A stretch of DNA of 64,000 bases from Candidatus Eiseniibacteriota bacterium (GTDB lineage: Bacteria > Eisenbacteria > RBG-16-71-46 > CAZAMP01), in the NCBI GenBank assembly GCA_965224245.1, contig OZ245046.1:512001-576000 (forward strand), given 5' to 3'. Below the pieces are notes generated by a model. That model did not search any database and was not told where the DNA came from. It saw only the letters and a list, made by a program, of their open reading frames with translations. Position numbers and translations under genes: made by a program. Each line of letters opens with the position of its first letter. Position 1 is the first letter of the stretch. Below, piece after piece: positions 19,654-29,202 of the stretch.

Positions 19654-21660
19654 ATGACCACTCTGGGATCCTGGGCCATCGTGGCCGCACTCTTGACGGC
19701 CGTCTACGCACTCGTGGCGTCGGTGGCCGGTGCCAGGCTCCGGCGCCCCGGGCTCACGCAGAGCGCCGAGAACGCCGTGCTGGCGGTCGCGTTCTTCACC
19801 ACGCTCGCGGTCGCCGGTATCGAGTACGCCATCCACACGAACGACTTCTCGCTCGCGTTCGTGGCATCCAACTCCAGCCGCGACCTTCCCGCGTTCTACA
19901 AGTGGACCGCGCTGTGGGGGGGCATGGAGGGATCGCTCCTGTTCTGGGTGTGGATCCTGTCGCTCTACGCCGGGGCCGTGGTCCTGCAGGGACGCCAGGG
20001 GGTCGAGGCCCTGATGCCGTACACGATCGCGACCCTGATGGTGATCGCGATCTTCTTCCTGTACGTCATCCAGGCCCTGGAGAGCCCGTACGAGCGGCTG
20101 GCGTTCGTCCCGCCCGACGGGCGGGGTCTGAACCCGCTCCTGCAGGACCCTGGGATGTCGTTCCACCCACCGACGCTGTACCTGGGGTTCATCGGGACGT
20201 CGGTGCCGTTCGCGTTCGCGATGGCGGCTCTGTTCACCGGGCGGCTCGACTCGATGTGGATCACCCGAACGCGCAAGTGGGCTCTCTCGGCGTGGATCTT
20301 CCTGACGCTCGGCAACCTGCTCGGTGGGTGGTGGGCCTACCACGTGCTCGGGTGGGGCGGCTACTGGGGCTGGGATCCCGTCGAGAACTCCGCGTTCCTG
20401 CCCTGGCTCGTCATCACGGCCTACCTGCACTCGATTCAGATCGAGGAGCGCCGGGGCATGCTTCGCTCGTGGAACATGCTCCTGATCGTCTTCGCATGGA
20501 TCCTGACCATCCTGGCCACGTTCCTCACCCGCAGCGGCGTGATCACGTCCGTGCACTCGTTCGCCGAGGGGCCCATCGGCCGCTACTTCCTCGGGTTCAT
20601 CATCTTCTCGCTCGCGATCTCGCTGGGGATGATCCTGCACCGGGCGCCGCTGTTGAAGAGCCGCGAGCGGCTTCAGTCGTTGTTCTCGCGTGAAGCCACG
20701 TTCCTCTTGAACAACCTCGTGCTCGTCTGCGGGGCGTTCGCCGTGCTCTGGGGCACGTTGTTCCCGATTCTCTCCGAGGCGGTCACCGGCTCGAAGATCA
20801 CGATCAGCGCGCCGTTCTTCCTCCGGATCATGATCCCGATCGGCATCGTGACGTTGCTGCTGATGGGCATCGGTCCCCTGATCGCCTGGCGCCGGGCCAC
20901 GCGTCACAACGTCCGCCGGAACTTCGTGGTGCCGGGCGTGATCGGCGTGGCGAGCGCGCTGGTGCTCGCGTTCGGGATGGGCGTGCACCGGGTCGACGCG
21001 CTCTTCGCGTGGGCGATCGGCGTGTTCGTGCTCGCGGGGATCGTCATCGAGTTCGAGCGCGGCATTCGCACGCGCATGCGCATGGCACGCGAGAACGCGG
21101 TCAGTGCGGGGGTCCGGATGGTGGCCCGCTCGCGGCGCCGTTTCGGCGGCTACATCGTGCACGTCGGAATCGTGATCACGTTCTGCGGGTTCGCCGGGAG
21201 CGCTTACAACCGCCAGCTGGAGGCCGACATGCACGTGGGCGACACCGCCAGCGTGGCCGGCTACGACTTCGTCTTCGAGGGGCTCCACAGCGACGAGATC
21301 GACAACTACGAGCGCCTGCAAGCCCGGCTCTTGCTCCAGCAGGACGGCCGGTCGGTCGCGCGCCTGTACCCCGAGTTCCGCTTCTACACCCGACCCGAGG
21401 AGCAGCGGCACACCCGGGTCGCGATCCTCTCGAGCTTCTCGCGGGACATCTACGTGTACATGGCCGGCTTCGACGGAGACCTGCTGTCGGTCGACATCCA
21501 CGTCAATCCGCTCGTGTCCTGGGTCTGGGGTGGGGGGATCATCACACTGGCCGGTACGCTGATCGCGATGTGGCCCTCGCGACGGCGCGCGCGAGAGATG
21601 CACGGTATCTACGGCGACACGTTCTCGGAGTCCACCGACGGGCGCGCCCTGTCGGCCTAG
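19654..21660 (+). CDS. ccmF: Cytochrome c heme lyase CcmF
   Basis: 'WGGMEGSLLFW', 'GLNPLLQ', 'FHPP', 'WGGYWGWDPVENS', 'LTRSG..SVHSF', 'VNPLVSWVWGG'. Confidence 0.96.
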   Translation: MTTLGSWAIVAALLTAVYALVASVAGARLRRPGLTQSAENAVLAVAFFTTLAVAGIEYAIHTNDFSLAFVASNSSRDLPAFYKWTALWGGMEGSLLFWVWILSLYAGAVVLQGRQGVEALMPYTIATLMVIAIFFLYVIQALESPYERLAFVPPDGRGLNPLLQDPGMSFHPPTLYLGFIGTSVPFAFAMAALFTGRLDSMWITRTRKWALSAWIFLTLGNLLGGWWAYHVLGWGGYWGWDPVENSAFLPWLVITAYLHSIQIEERRGMLRSWNMLLIVFAWILTILATFLTRSGVITSVHSFAEGPIGRYFLGFIIFSLAISLGMILHRAPLLKSRERLQSLFSREATFLLNNLVLVCGAFAVLWGTLFPILSEAVTGSKITISAPFFLRIMIPIGIVTLLLMGIGPLIAWRRATRHNVRRNFVVPGVIGVASALVLAFGMGVHRVDALFAWAIGVFVLAGIVIEFERGIRTRMRMARENAVSAGVRMVARSRRRFGGYIVHVGIVITFCGFAGSAYNRQLEADMHVGDTASVAGYDFVFEGLHSDEIDNYERLQARLLLQQDGRSVARLYPEFRFYTRPEEQRHTRVAILSSFSRDIYVYMAGFDGDLLSVDIHVNPLVSWVWGGGIITLAGTLIAMWPSRRRAREMHGIYGDTFSESTDGRALSA

Positions 21661-21677
21661 CAGAAGGGACTGCCGTT

Positions 21678-22064
21678 TTGCCCCCGATCTGGTTCCTGTT
21701 CGCGGTGATGTGCGCGCTGTGGGCGCTGTACGTCTTCCGGCCCGTGCTGCGGGCAACGTCGCACGCGGAGAGCGAGCGCACTCGGCTCGAGGAGGAGAAG
21801 CGCGGCCTCCTGTTCGCGATCCGCGACGCCGAGGCCGATCACGTCGCGGGAAAGCTGTCGGACGAGGATCATGCCCGGGCCCGCGACGCACTCGAGCGCC
21901 GTGCCGCCCGGATCATCGCGGCGCTGGACGCACTTCCCGACGCGGGTGGCACCTCGGTGACCTCCCTGGAGGGCGCGCTCCGGCGTCTCCGAGAACGCGG
22001 TGCGGTGTCCGGCCGCGGGCGCAAGGGCCGCTCCCGCGCGACGGTGAAGGTGGATGATGCCTGA
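21678..22064 (+). CDS. Small membrane protein resembling the CcmI N-terminal segment
   Basis: TTG start after AAGGGA. TM helix followed by 'LLFAIRDAEADHVAGKLSDEDHARARDAL'. Lies in the ccm operon. Confidence 0.65.
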   Translation: MPPIWFLFAVMCALWALYVFRPVLRATSHAESERTRLEEEKRGLLFAIRDAEADHVAGKLSDEDHARARDALERRAARIIAALDALPDAGGTSVTSLEGALRRLRERGAVSGRGRKGRSRATVKVDDA

Positions 22065-23223
22065 CGCGTTCATGGCGACCCATCGGTCGCGCGCAGATGT
22101 AGCGAGCGTGCTCGCGACCGCGGCGATCTTGTCGATCGCGGCGATCGTGCCCGGACCGGCCGACGCGGCCGAGCTGACGGGTCGTGTGCTGAACGGATCG
22201 GAGCCGGACTCCGGCGTGGCCGATCTCGAGGTCCGGCTGATGGGCCGGCTGGCCACGGGGGAGCGTCTGGATCGTGTCACGACCACGCGAGCCGACGGCG
22301 GGTTCGGGTTCGCCGAGCTACCCGGCGACACCGCCGACGTGTACGTGCTCAGCACCAACTTCAAGGGCGTCGACTACGTCTCGCGCTTCCTCGACTTCAC
22401 GCTGGGTGTTCCCGGGATCGAGACCAACTTCGTCGTATACGACGTGACGGACGATCCGGGCATCCTCCGGCTGGAAGGGCACCACTACATCGTCGACGCG
22501 CAGTCCGACCCCCGGTCGGTGCTCGTCACCGAGGTGGTCGCGATCGCGAACGACACGGCTCGTACGTTCCAGTCCCACCAGCCGCTGATCTTTCCGCTGC
22601 CCCCGTCGGCCACCAGCTTCGAGGCGCTCGACGGCTTCGACGGCGCCTACGTCGAGCACGGGGGCGTTCACCTGGCCGCGGACATCCAGCCGGGCCGGTT
22701 CGACGCGGCGTTCCGGTATCTCCTTCCCGCATCGGCACCTCTGGAGGTGTCGTTTCCGGGTGGGGGGCTGCCCGCCGACGAGATCAGCCTCCTGATCGCC
22801 CCGACCGACATCGACGTCTCCGGTGACGGCCTGTCGTTCACACGATCGGTCCCTCTTCAGGAGAACATGCTCTTCGATCGCTACGCGGTGACCACGTCGT
22901 CGCCCGCGGGCGCTTTCAGGTTCCGCGCGGCCGTCGAACGCCCGTCGGCCGCAGCGCCGTGGATCATCTCGGTGTGTATGCTGGCCGCGTTCGGACTCCT
23001 CGTCTTCGCGCGCGAGCATCGGGAGGCGCGGGCCCCGCTCAGCGCGGACGTCCGCGCGCTCGTCCGGGACCGGGATCGCCACCTCGCCGCCGTGGTCGAT
23101 CTCGAGCGCGCGCATGCCGCCGGCTCCATCGACGATGCCGCGTTCGAGCGCGACCGCGAGCGACTGATGATCAAGGCGGGAGCGGTCCAGGAGCTTCTCG
23201 AGGCGCGTGCGGAGTCGTCGTGA
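22054..23223 (+). CDS. Exported membrane-anchored protein (carboxypeptidase-regulatory-like beta domain, CcmI-like tail) in ccm operon
   Basis: Signal-like N-terminus, 'LTGRVLNG...TTTRADGGFGF', C-terminal TM then 'HLAAVVDLERAHAAGSIDDAAFERDRERL'. Overlaps both neighbours. Confidence 0.7.
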   Translation: MMPDAFMATHRSRADVASVLATAAILSIAAIVPGPADAAELTGRVLNGSEPDSGVADLEVRLMGRLATGERLDRVTTTRADGGFGFAELPGDTADVYVLSTNFKGVDYVSRFLDFTLGVPGIETNFVVYDVTDDPGILRLEGHHYIVDAQSDPRSVLVTEVVAIANDTARTFQSHQPLIFPLPPSATSFEALDGFDGAYVEHGGVHLAADIQPGRFDAAFRYLLPASAPLEVSFPGGGLPADEISLLIAPTDIDVSGDGLSFTRSVPLQENMLFDRYAVTTSSPAGAFRFRAAVERPSAAAPWIISVCMLAAFGLLVFAREHREARAPLSADVRALVRDRDRHLAAVVDLERAHAAGSIDDAAFERDRERLMIKAGAVQELLEARAESS

Positions 23224-23921
23224 TCGACATTCGCCGGGTGAGTCGCCGCTACCGCGAGCAGATCGCGGTCGCCGACGTGTCGCTGACGATACGGCCGGGA
23301 GAGTCCGTGGCGATCCTGGGCCACAACGGAGCGGGGAAGTCCACGCTCCTGCGCATGGTGGCCGGACTGACCCGTCCGACCACGGGCGAGGTCACGCTGG
23401 ACGGACGGTCACCGCGTGACCCCGCGCGGCGGGGGCGGCTGGGGCTTCTCGCGCACGAGAGCTTCCTCTACGACGCGCTCACCGCGCGGGAGAACCTGCG
23501 CCTGGTCGGTGCGTTGTACGGCCTCCGCGAGGTCGAGTCGCGAATCGACGACGTGCTCGACCAGGTCGGCATCGCGTGGGCGGCGGATCTGCCGGTCGGC
23601 GGCTACAGCCGCGGCATGGCCCAGCGGGCCGCCCTCGCGCGGGTGCTCCTGCCCGATCCGGACGTGCTTCTCCTCGACGAGCCGTTCGCCGGCCTCGATC
23701 ATGCGGCCGATCGCTTCCTGCGCGATCACATTCGCCGTCTGCGCGACCGCGGCAAGACGCTCCTGATGGTGACGCACGACCCGAACTCCGCCTGCGAGCT
23801 CGCCGGTCGGGCGGTCATCCTACGGCGCGGCACGATCGCGTCCGATCGGCCGATCGGGCCGGACGATGCCCGCGAGTTCGCCACGCACTACGTGGCCATT
23901 CTGACCGAGGGGCAGTCGTGA
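23220..23921 (+). CDS. ccmA: Heme export ABC ATPase CcmA
   Basis: GTGA overlap start. 'GHNGAGKST', 'YSRGMAQR', 'LLLDEPF'. ccm context. Confidence 0.88.
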   Translation: MIDIRRVSRRYREQIAVADVSLTIRPGESVAILGHNGAGKSTLLRMVAGLTRPTTGEVTLDGRSPRDPARRGRLGLLAHESFLYDALTARENLRLVGALYGLREVESRIDDVLDQVGIAWAADLPVGGYSRGMAQRAALARVLLPDPDVLLLDEPFAGLDHAADRFLRDHIRRLRDRGKTLLMVTHDPNSACELAGRAVILRRGTIASDRPIGPDDAREFATHYVAILTEGQS

Positions 23922-24604
23922 GGGCGGGACTCGCCGCGCTCGCCGCGCTCGTGGTCAAGGACCTGCGCATCGAGCTCAGAACCAAGGACGTCCTGGTCGT
24001 GATGGCGCTGTTCGCGGTCATGACCGTCGTGCTGTTCCACTTCGCGTTCGACATCGGCCTCGACGAGGAGACGCGGCGCGCCGTGTCCTCGGGGATGTTC
24101 TGGCTGGCCATGGCGTTCTCCGGGGTGCTGGGGCTGTCGCGCTCGGTCGCGCTGGAGCGTCAGAACGAGACCCTCCGGGGGCTTCTGGTCGCGCCCGTGG
24201 ATCGCTCGATCATCTTCGCGGGGAAGCTCCTGGCGAACGTGATCTTCATGTTCGTGGTCGCGATCGTGACCTATCCGGTCCTGGGTACGCTTCTCGACCT
24301 GCCGTGGATGGCCACGTTTCCCGAGGTGCTGCTCGTGTTCGCGCTGGGGATCATCGGGTTCGCGGGACCAGGGACGCTGTTCGCGGCGGCCGGCATCGGG
24401 GCGCGGCTCCGGGATTCGGTGCTGCCGGTGATCCTGTTTCCGATCGTGTTGCCGGCGCTGATCGCCGGCATGGAGGCCACCGCGTCGCTCCTGTCGGGGA
24501 AGAGCTTGGCAGAGATCGGCGTTTGGCTCAGAATACTCGGCTCTTTCGACGTCATCTTCGTCGTTCTGGGCGTCCTACTCTTCGAGTTCACCGTCGACGA
24601 GTAA
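23918..24604 (+). CDS. ccmB: Heme exporter permease CcmB
   Basis: 'KDLRIELR', 'ERQNETLRGL', 'GKLLAN', 'LPVILFPIVLP'. About six TM helices. Confidence 0.93.
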   Translation: MRAGLAALAALVVKDLRIELRTKDVLVVMALFAVMTVVLFHFAFDIGLDEETRRAVSSGMFWLAMAFSGVLGLSRSVALERQNETLRGLLVAPVDRSIIFAGKLLANVIFMFVVAIVTYPVLGTLLDLPWMATFPEVLLVFALGIIGFAGPGTLFAAAGIGARLRDSVLPVILFPIVLPALIAGMEATASLLSGKSLAEIGVWLRILGSFDVIFVVLGVLLFEFTVDE

Positions 24605-24670
24605 TCACATCGACGCGAGCATTGCGGCGGTTCACGTTCGGGTCTCGCTACCGGCGATTGGAGTGTCTCG

Positions 24671-25357
24671 ATGTTGAGCAAGATCGGATGGGCCGTCGTC
24701 CTCGTGGTGCCGCTGTGGGCGCTGTACGCGGTGTTCATGCTCGTGCCCAACGAGGCCACGATGGGCGCGGTCCAGCGCATCTTCTACTTCCACGTGGCCA
24801 GCGCGTTCACCGCGTTCATCGCGTTCTTCGCGGTGATGGTCATGAGCATCGCGTATCTGCGCGGCGGCAACCCCAGCTGGGACCGCCGGGCGCTGGCCGC
24901 GGTCGAGGTCGGCGTGGTGTTCCTGACGATCGTGCTCGTCACCGGTCCCCTGTGGGCGAGGCCGGTCTGGGGGGCGTTCTGGGTCTGGCAGGACGCGCGT
25001 CTCGTGACGACGCTGATCCTGTGGATCTACTTCGTTCTGTACCTGTTTCTGCGGCGCTCGTGGCGCCACGACCCGAGCGGGCTCCGCTTCGCGGCCGTCA
25101 TGGCGATCATCGGGTTCGTGGACGTTCCCATCGTCTACTTTGCGGTGAAGTGGTGGAACTTCACGCACCCGGGGCACGTCATGGGGCCCGCGGGGGGCGG
25201 GCTGCACCCGGCGATGGCCAGAGCGATGCTGATCTCGTTTGCCGCCGTGTTCTCGATCGGCGTCGCGCTCTGGGTCCGGCGCGTGCGTCTGGAGCGACTG
25301 TCGGATCGGGTCGACGACCTCATCGATCGGGCTCAGGCCCGGCCACAGGGCGTCTGA
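24671..25357 (+). CDS. ccmC: Heme exporter/chaperone CcmC
   Basis: 'RIFYFHV', WWD domain 'WARPVWGAFWVWQDARL', 'WWNFTHP'. Confidence 0.95.
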   Translation: MLSKIGWAVVLVVPLWALYAVFMLVPNEATMGAVQRIFYFHVASAFTAFIAFFAVMVMSIAYLRGGNPSWDRRALAAVEVGVVFLTIVLVTGPLWARPVWGAFWVWQDARLVTTLILWIYFVLYLFLRRSWRHDPSGLRFAAVMAIIGFVDVPIVYFAVKWWNFTHPGHVMGPAGGGLHPAMARAMLISFAAVFSIGVALWVRRVRLERLSDRVDDLIDRAQARPQGV

Positions 25358-25385
25358 GGACGCCGTCGAGACGAAAGGAGTGGGC

Positions 25386-25565
25386 ATGGAGGCCGCCATC
25401 GACACGCTGGGTGCCGCCCAGCTCGAGACGATCCCCAAGTTCCCGTATCTGGTGGCCGCCTACGGGGCATTCTTCGTGATCCTGTTGATCTACGTGATCA
25501 CGCTCCAGCGACGCGAGCGAGACATCGCGCGGCGGGTGGAGGCACTGGAACGGCGACTCGACTGA
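25386..25565 (+). CDS. ccmD: CcmD-like small membrane protein
   Basis: AAGGAG RBS. 'YLVAAYG' TM followed by a charged coiled tail, directly after ccmC. Confidence 0.75.
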   Translation: MEAAIDTLGAAQLETIPKFPYLVAAYGAFFVILLIYVITLQRRERDIARRVEALERRLD

Positions 25566-25597
25566 GCCCGGCGCCACGAGCGCTCCGAGGAGACACC

Positions 25598-26671
25598 GTG
25601 AACATCACCGATCGACTCATCCGGCTCGTCGAGATCCCGAGCGTGAGCGGCCATGAGGACGCGATCTGTTCCGAGATCACCGGCTGGTGCGAGGCGGCGA
25701 AGCCCACGTGGCGGCGCCGGCGTCTCGGCAACAACCTCATCGTCGGCCCGGTGCGCGGCGGGGGCGAGGCGTCGCGGCCGTTCATCGGCCTGATCGGCCA
25801 CGTCGACACCGTGCCGCCGCAGGGCAACGCACAGCCGAGCGTGGCCGACGGCGCGGTGTACGGACTGGGATCGTGCGACATGAAGGGCGGCATCGCGGTG
25901 ATGGTCGATCTGATGACGAGCCTTCCCGCCGACGGCCTGCCGGTCGACCTGCTCCTGGTGTTCTACGACAAGGAAGAGGTGGCCTACGACGAGAACGGAC
26001 TGGGACGCGTCCTAGAGGAGATCCCGGAGGTGCGCGAGCTCGACTTCGCCTTCGTGCTCGAGCCCTCGGCCACCGAGTTCGAGGTGGGGTGCAACGGCCA
26101 CGTGAACCTGGAGGTCACGTTCCGCGGAACCGCCGCCCACAGCGCGCGCCCCTGGCTCGGCGACAATGCGGTCCACAACGCGGGCGCGTTCATCGATCGG
26201 ATCCACCGGATCGAGCCGCTTCCGGTCCGGGTCGGCGGCGCCATCTACCGCGAGACGGTCGCCATCACGCTGGCCCGCGGCGGCGCGGCCCGAAACGTCG
26301 TGCCCGATCGGTTCATGGTCAACGTGAATCACCGCTTCCCACCCGGCCGCACCGTGGAGGAGGCGGTCGCCTACCTGACGGGGCTGGTGCCCGAGGGGGC
26401 CGACGCGGTGGTCGTGGACAGCGCCGCCCCGGGAGGGGTTCCGGTGGGCAACCCGGTCTACAACGCATTTCGGGCCCGGTTCTCGCCGGCCATCCACGCC
26501 AAGCAGGGCTGGACCGACGTGGCGCGACTCTCGGAGGCCGGCGTGGATGCCGTCAATTACGGTCCCGGGCATCCCGAGCTGGCCCATCGCGCGGACGAGC
26601 ACTGTCCGATCAAGGAGCTGGAGTTCTGCCGCGACCGACTCCGTGAGTTTCTGACCACCTACGATGGGTGA
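25598..26671 (+). CDS. dapE: Succinyl-diaminopimelate desuccinylase (M20 family)
   Basis: 'GHVDTVP', 'GLGSCDMKGG', 'YDKEEV', 'AHSARPWLG', 'GWTDVAR', 'AHRADE'. Adjacent to dapD. Confidence 0.92.
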   Translation: MNITDRLIRLVEIPSVSGHEDAICSEITGWCEAAKPTWRRRRLGNNLIVGPVRGGGEASRPFIGLIGHVDTVPPQGNAQPSVADGAVYGLGSCDMKGGIAVMVDLMTSLPADGLPVDLLLVFYDKEEVAYDENGLGRVLEEIPEVRELDFAFVLEPSATEFEVGCNGHVNLEVTFRGTAAHSARPWLGDNAVHNAGAFIDRIHRIEPLPVRVGGAIYRETVAITLARGGAARNVVPDRFMVNVNHRFPPGRTVEEAVAYLTGLVPEGADAVVVDSAAPGGVPVGNPVYNAFRARFSPAIHAKQGWTDVARLSEAGVDAVNYGPGHPELAHRADEHCPIKELEFCRDRLREFLTTYDG

Positions 26672-26674
26672 CCC

Positions 26675-27496
26675 ATGACCCACGATGCGCTCGAGTCCAT
26701 CATCACCGCCGCCTGGGCCGACCCCACGGCGCGCCGGTCACCCGAGGTCGTGGAGGCCGTCGAGGCGACGATCGCCGAGCTCGACGCCGGGCGCGTGCGC
26801 GTGGCCGAGCCCGCGGGCGAGGACTGGCGGGTCAACACGTGGGTCAAGGAGGCCGTGTTGATGTACTTCCCGCTCCGCGGCATGACCCGGAGCGAGGCCG
26901 GCCCGTTCGAGTACTGGGACAAGATCCCGCTGAAGACGGGCTACGAGGCCCTGGGCGTGCGCGTGGTCCCGCCGGCGGTGGCCCGCTACGGCGCGTTCCT
27001 GGCTCCCGGCGTGGTGATGATGCCCTCCTACGTCAACATCGGCGCCCACGTGGGCGAGCGTACAATGGTCGACACGTGGGCCACCGTCGGCTCCTGCGCG
27101 CAGATCGGCGCGGACGTCCACCTCTCCGGCGGGGTCGGGATCGGCGGTGTGCTGGAGCCGGTGCAGGCCGCTCCGGTGATCATCGAGGACGGCGCGTTCA
27201 TCGGGAGCCGCTCCATCATCGTCGAGGGCGTTCGCATCGGCCGTGAGGCCATCGTCGCCGCGGGCACCACGCTGAAGGGCTCGACGACGATCCTCGACGT
27301 GACCGGCCCGACGCCGCGCGAGACGCGGGGCGTCGTGCCCCCGCGGGCGGTCGTCATGCCGGGCAGCGTCCCCAAGACGTTCGCCGCGGGTGTCTATCAC
27401 GTGCCCTGTGCGCTGGTCATCGGCCAGCGGCGCGAGTCGAACGATCGCAAGACGTCGCTGAACGCCGCGCTGCGTGAGTTCGACGTGTCCGTCTGA
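26675..27496 (+). CDS. dapD: Tetrahydrodipicolinate N-succinyltransferase
   Basis: 'WRVNTWVKEAVL', 'MPSYVNIGA', 'DTWATVGSCAQIG', 'GGVLEP', 'KTSLN'. Confidence 0.96.
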   Translation: MTHDALESIITAAWADPTARRSPEVVEAVEATIAELDAGRVRVAEPAGEDWRVNTWVKEAVLMYFPLRGMTRSEAGPFEYWDKIPLKTGYEALGVRVVPPAVARYGAFLAPGVVMMPSYVNIGAHVGERTMVDTWATVGSCAQIGADVHLSGGVGIGGVLEPVQAAPVIIEDGAFIGSRSIIVEGVRIGREAIVAAGTTLKGSTTILDVTGPTPRETRGVVPPRAVVMPGSVPKTFAAGVYHVPCALVIGQRRESNDRKTSLNAALREFDVSV

Positions 27497-27506
27497 GGGG
27501 CGGAGC

Positions 27507-28358
27507 GTGCCCGCCGACTCCGGCACGCGACGCGTCGTCAAGCGCCTGCTCGCGCCGCTCGCGAACGGTCGTGTCTACGGACTCATCCAGTCCGGCGTGG
27601 TCGCGCTGGATCTGTCGCGCGGACGGATCGTCCAGCGGGAGCTCGACGTGGTCGATCGTGTGCTCCGGCCGGGCAACGTCGCGATCGACGTGGGGGCGAA
27701 CTTCGGTGTCTACACCGACCGCATGTCCCGTGCCGTGGGGCCTCGGGGGCGGGTTCATGCCTTCGAGCCGATCGCGTACACCCGCACGGTGCTCCGAAAC
27801 GTCTGCCGGCTTCGCCGGCTCGGCAACGTGACCGTGCACCCGGTGGGGGTCGGAGATCGGCGCGGCGAGGTGGAGTTCGTCGTTCCGCGCCAGCGGACCG
27901 GAGCGATCGTGGCGAGTCTGGCCCACATGGCGGAACGGGACGATGCCTCGGGGCCGGTCGATCGCTCCCCGCGCGATGCGAGCGCCCAGCGACTCACCGT
28001 CGAGGTGGTGACGCTCGACGACGAGATGCCGGCGTCGGCGACACCGGCGCTGCTGAAGATCGACGTGGAGGGCGCCGAGACGTCCGTCGTTCGCGGCGCC
28101 GAGCGCGTGTTGACCCGGGCGACGCCCACGATCATCTGCGAGATCAGCAGCTGGGCGCTCCAGGGCTTCGGGTCGTCGCCTCGTGAGCTGATCGGCGTCC
28201 TCGGGGATCTCGGGTACGAGATGTACCGGTGTGAAGACGGCGGACTCACGCGCGCCGACGTCGACGAATCGCGCACCCGGAACTACGTGTTCGTGCACCG
28301 ATCGCGGGCGTCGGACGTGATCGCCGCGATGGAGCGCGAGCGGAACGGCGGCCGGTGA
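27507..28358 (+). CDS. FkbM family SAM-dependent methyltransferase
   Basis: 'IDVGANFG', 'VHAFEP', 'TLDD', 'LKIDVEGAE'. GTG start after GGAG. Confidence 0.9.
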   Translation: MPADSGTRRVVKRLLAPLANGRVYGLIQSGVVALDLSRGRIVQRELDVVDRVLRPGNVAIDVGANFGVYTDRMSRAVGPRGRVHAFEPIAYTRTVLRNVCRLRRLGNVTVHPVGVGDRRGEVEFVVPRQRTGAIVASLAHMAERDDASGPVDRSPRDASAQRLTVEVVTLDDEMPASATPALLKIDVEGAETSVVRGAERVLTRATPTIICEISSWALQGFGSSPRELIGVLGDLGYEMYRCEDGGLTRADVDESRTRNYVFVHRSRASDVIAAMERERNGGR

Positions 28359-28380
28359 GCGGTCACCGCCGCGGTCGGTT

Positions 28381-29202
28381 TCAGAGGGCGCGGGTGGCGG
28401 TGAACCGCGTGACGAGAATCCCCGAGAAGGTCTCGACGCGGGACAGATACGTTCCGAGCGCCACCGAGACCACGCGGCCGCCGGCGTACTCCCCGGGCAG
28501 ATCGCGCGACGCGGCGTGAATCAGCATCGGCGTTCCGTGGGCCGCGTCCACGACCCCGATGTGGCCAACGAGGGCGCCGTTCTCCGACCGGAGTCGGGCC
28601 CCGGCCGGCGACTCCGGGTCGACGACGAAGTACACGATGTCCCCCGTGCGCAGCCGTCCACTCTCGACCCGGGATCGAGGCACGACCGCGACCTCGCCGT
28701 TCGGGATCCGGGAGGACCCGGGATCGGGGCGAGGGCTTCCCACCCGCGACGTGACGTCGATGCCGTACGCTCCCCCGCGCACCATGTCGATGCCGAACCG
28801 GACCCGTTTCGGGTGGTCGTAATCGACGTGCCCGGACCGGCAGGCCTCGCTCGGTGACACGCCCGGAAACCGGCGCCGGAACGCGTCGGCGATCGCCTCG
28901 CGCGGACCGGACGCGTGCGCCAGCTCGACCACCCGGGTCGTCAGAAGCATGCAGTCGGTGCGGACGTCGTCGACCAGGCGTCCCTCGCTGACGTAGCCGC
29001 CCGGGTCGTCTCCGAAGTGGTAGACGGCGTCACCTCGCTCGAGAAAGAAGCGCGCCCAGTACGCGACCCGCTCGGGGAGGGGCCGGGCGCGCACGCGGCC
29101 GAACCCGGCCGAGAGCGCCGCCTGGGGCGTCGCGTGCTCGCGGAGGTTCCGCTCGATCACGTCGTCCGGGAGCGCCGGAAGATCGGTCGGGCGCGCGATC
29201 AC
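28381..29202 (-). CDS. DUF1460/AmiA-like NlpC/P60 amidase
   Basis: 'ERVAYWARFF', 'RTDCML' (Cys), 'GDIVYF', 'GHIGVV', 'LIHAAS'. GTGA overlap with the upstream gene. Confidence 0.65.
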   Translation of the reverse strand: MIARPTDLPALPDDVIERNLREHATPQAALSAGFGRVRARPLPERVAYWARFFLERGDAVYHFGDDPGGYVSEGRLVDDVRTDCMLLTTRVVELAHASGPREAIADAFRRRFPGVSPSEACRSGHVDYDHPKRVRFGIDMVRGGAYGIDVTSRVGSPRPDPGSSRIPNGEVAVVPRSRVESGRLRTGDIVYFVVDPESPAGARLRSENGALVGHIGVVDAAHGTPMLIHAASRDLPGEYAGGRVVSVALGTYLSRVETFSGILVTRFTATRAL

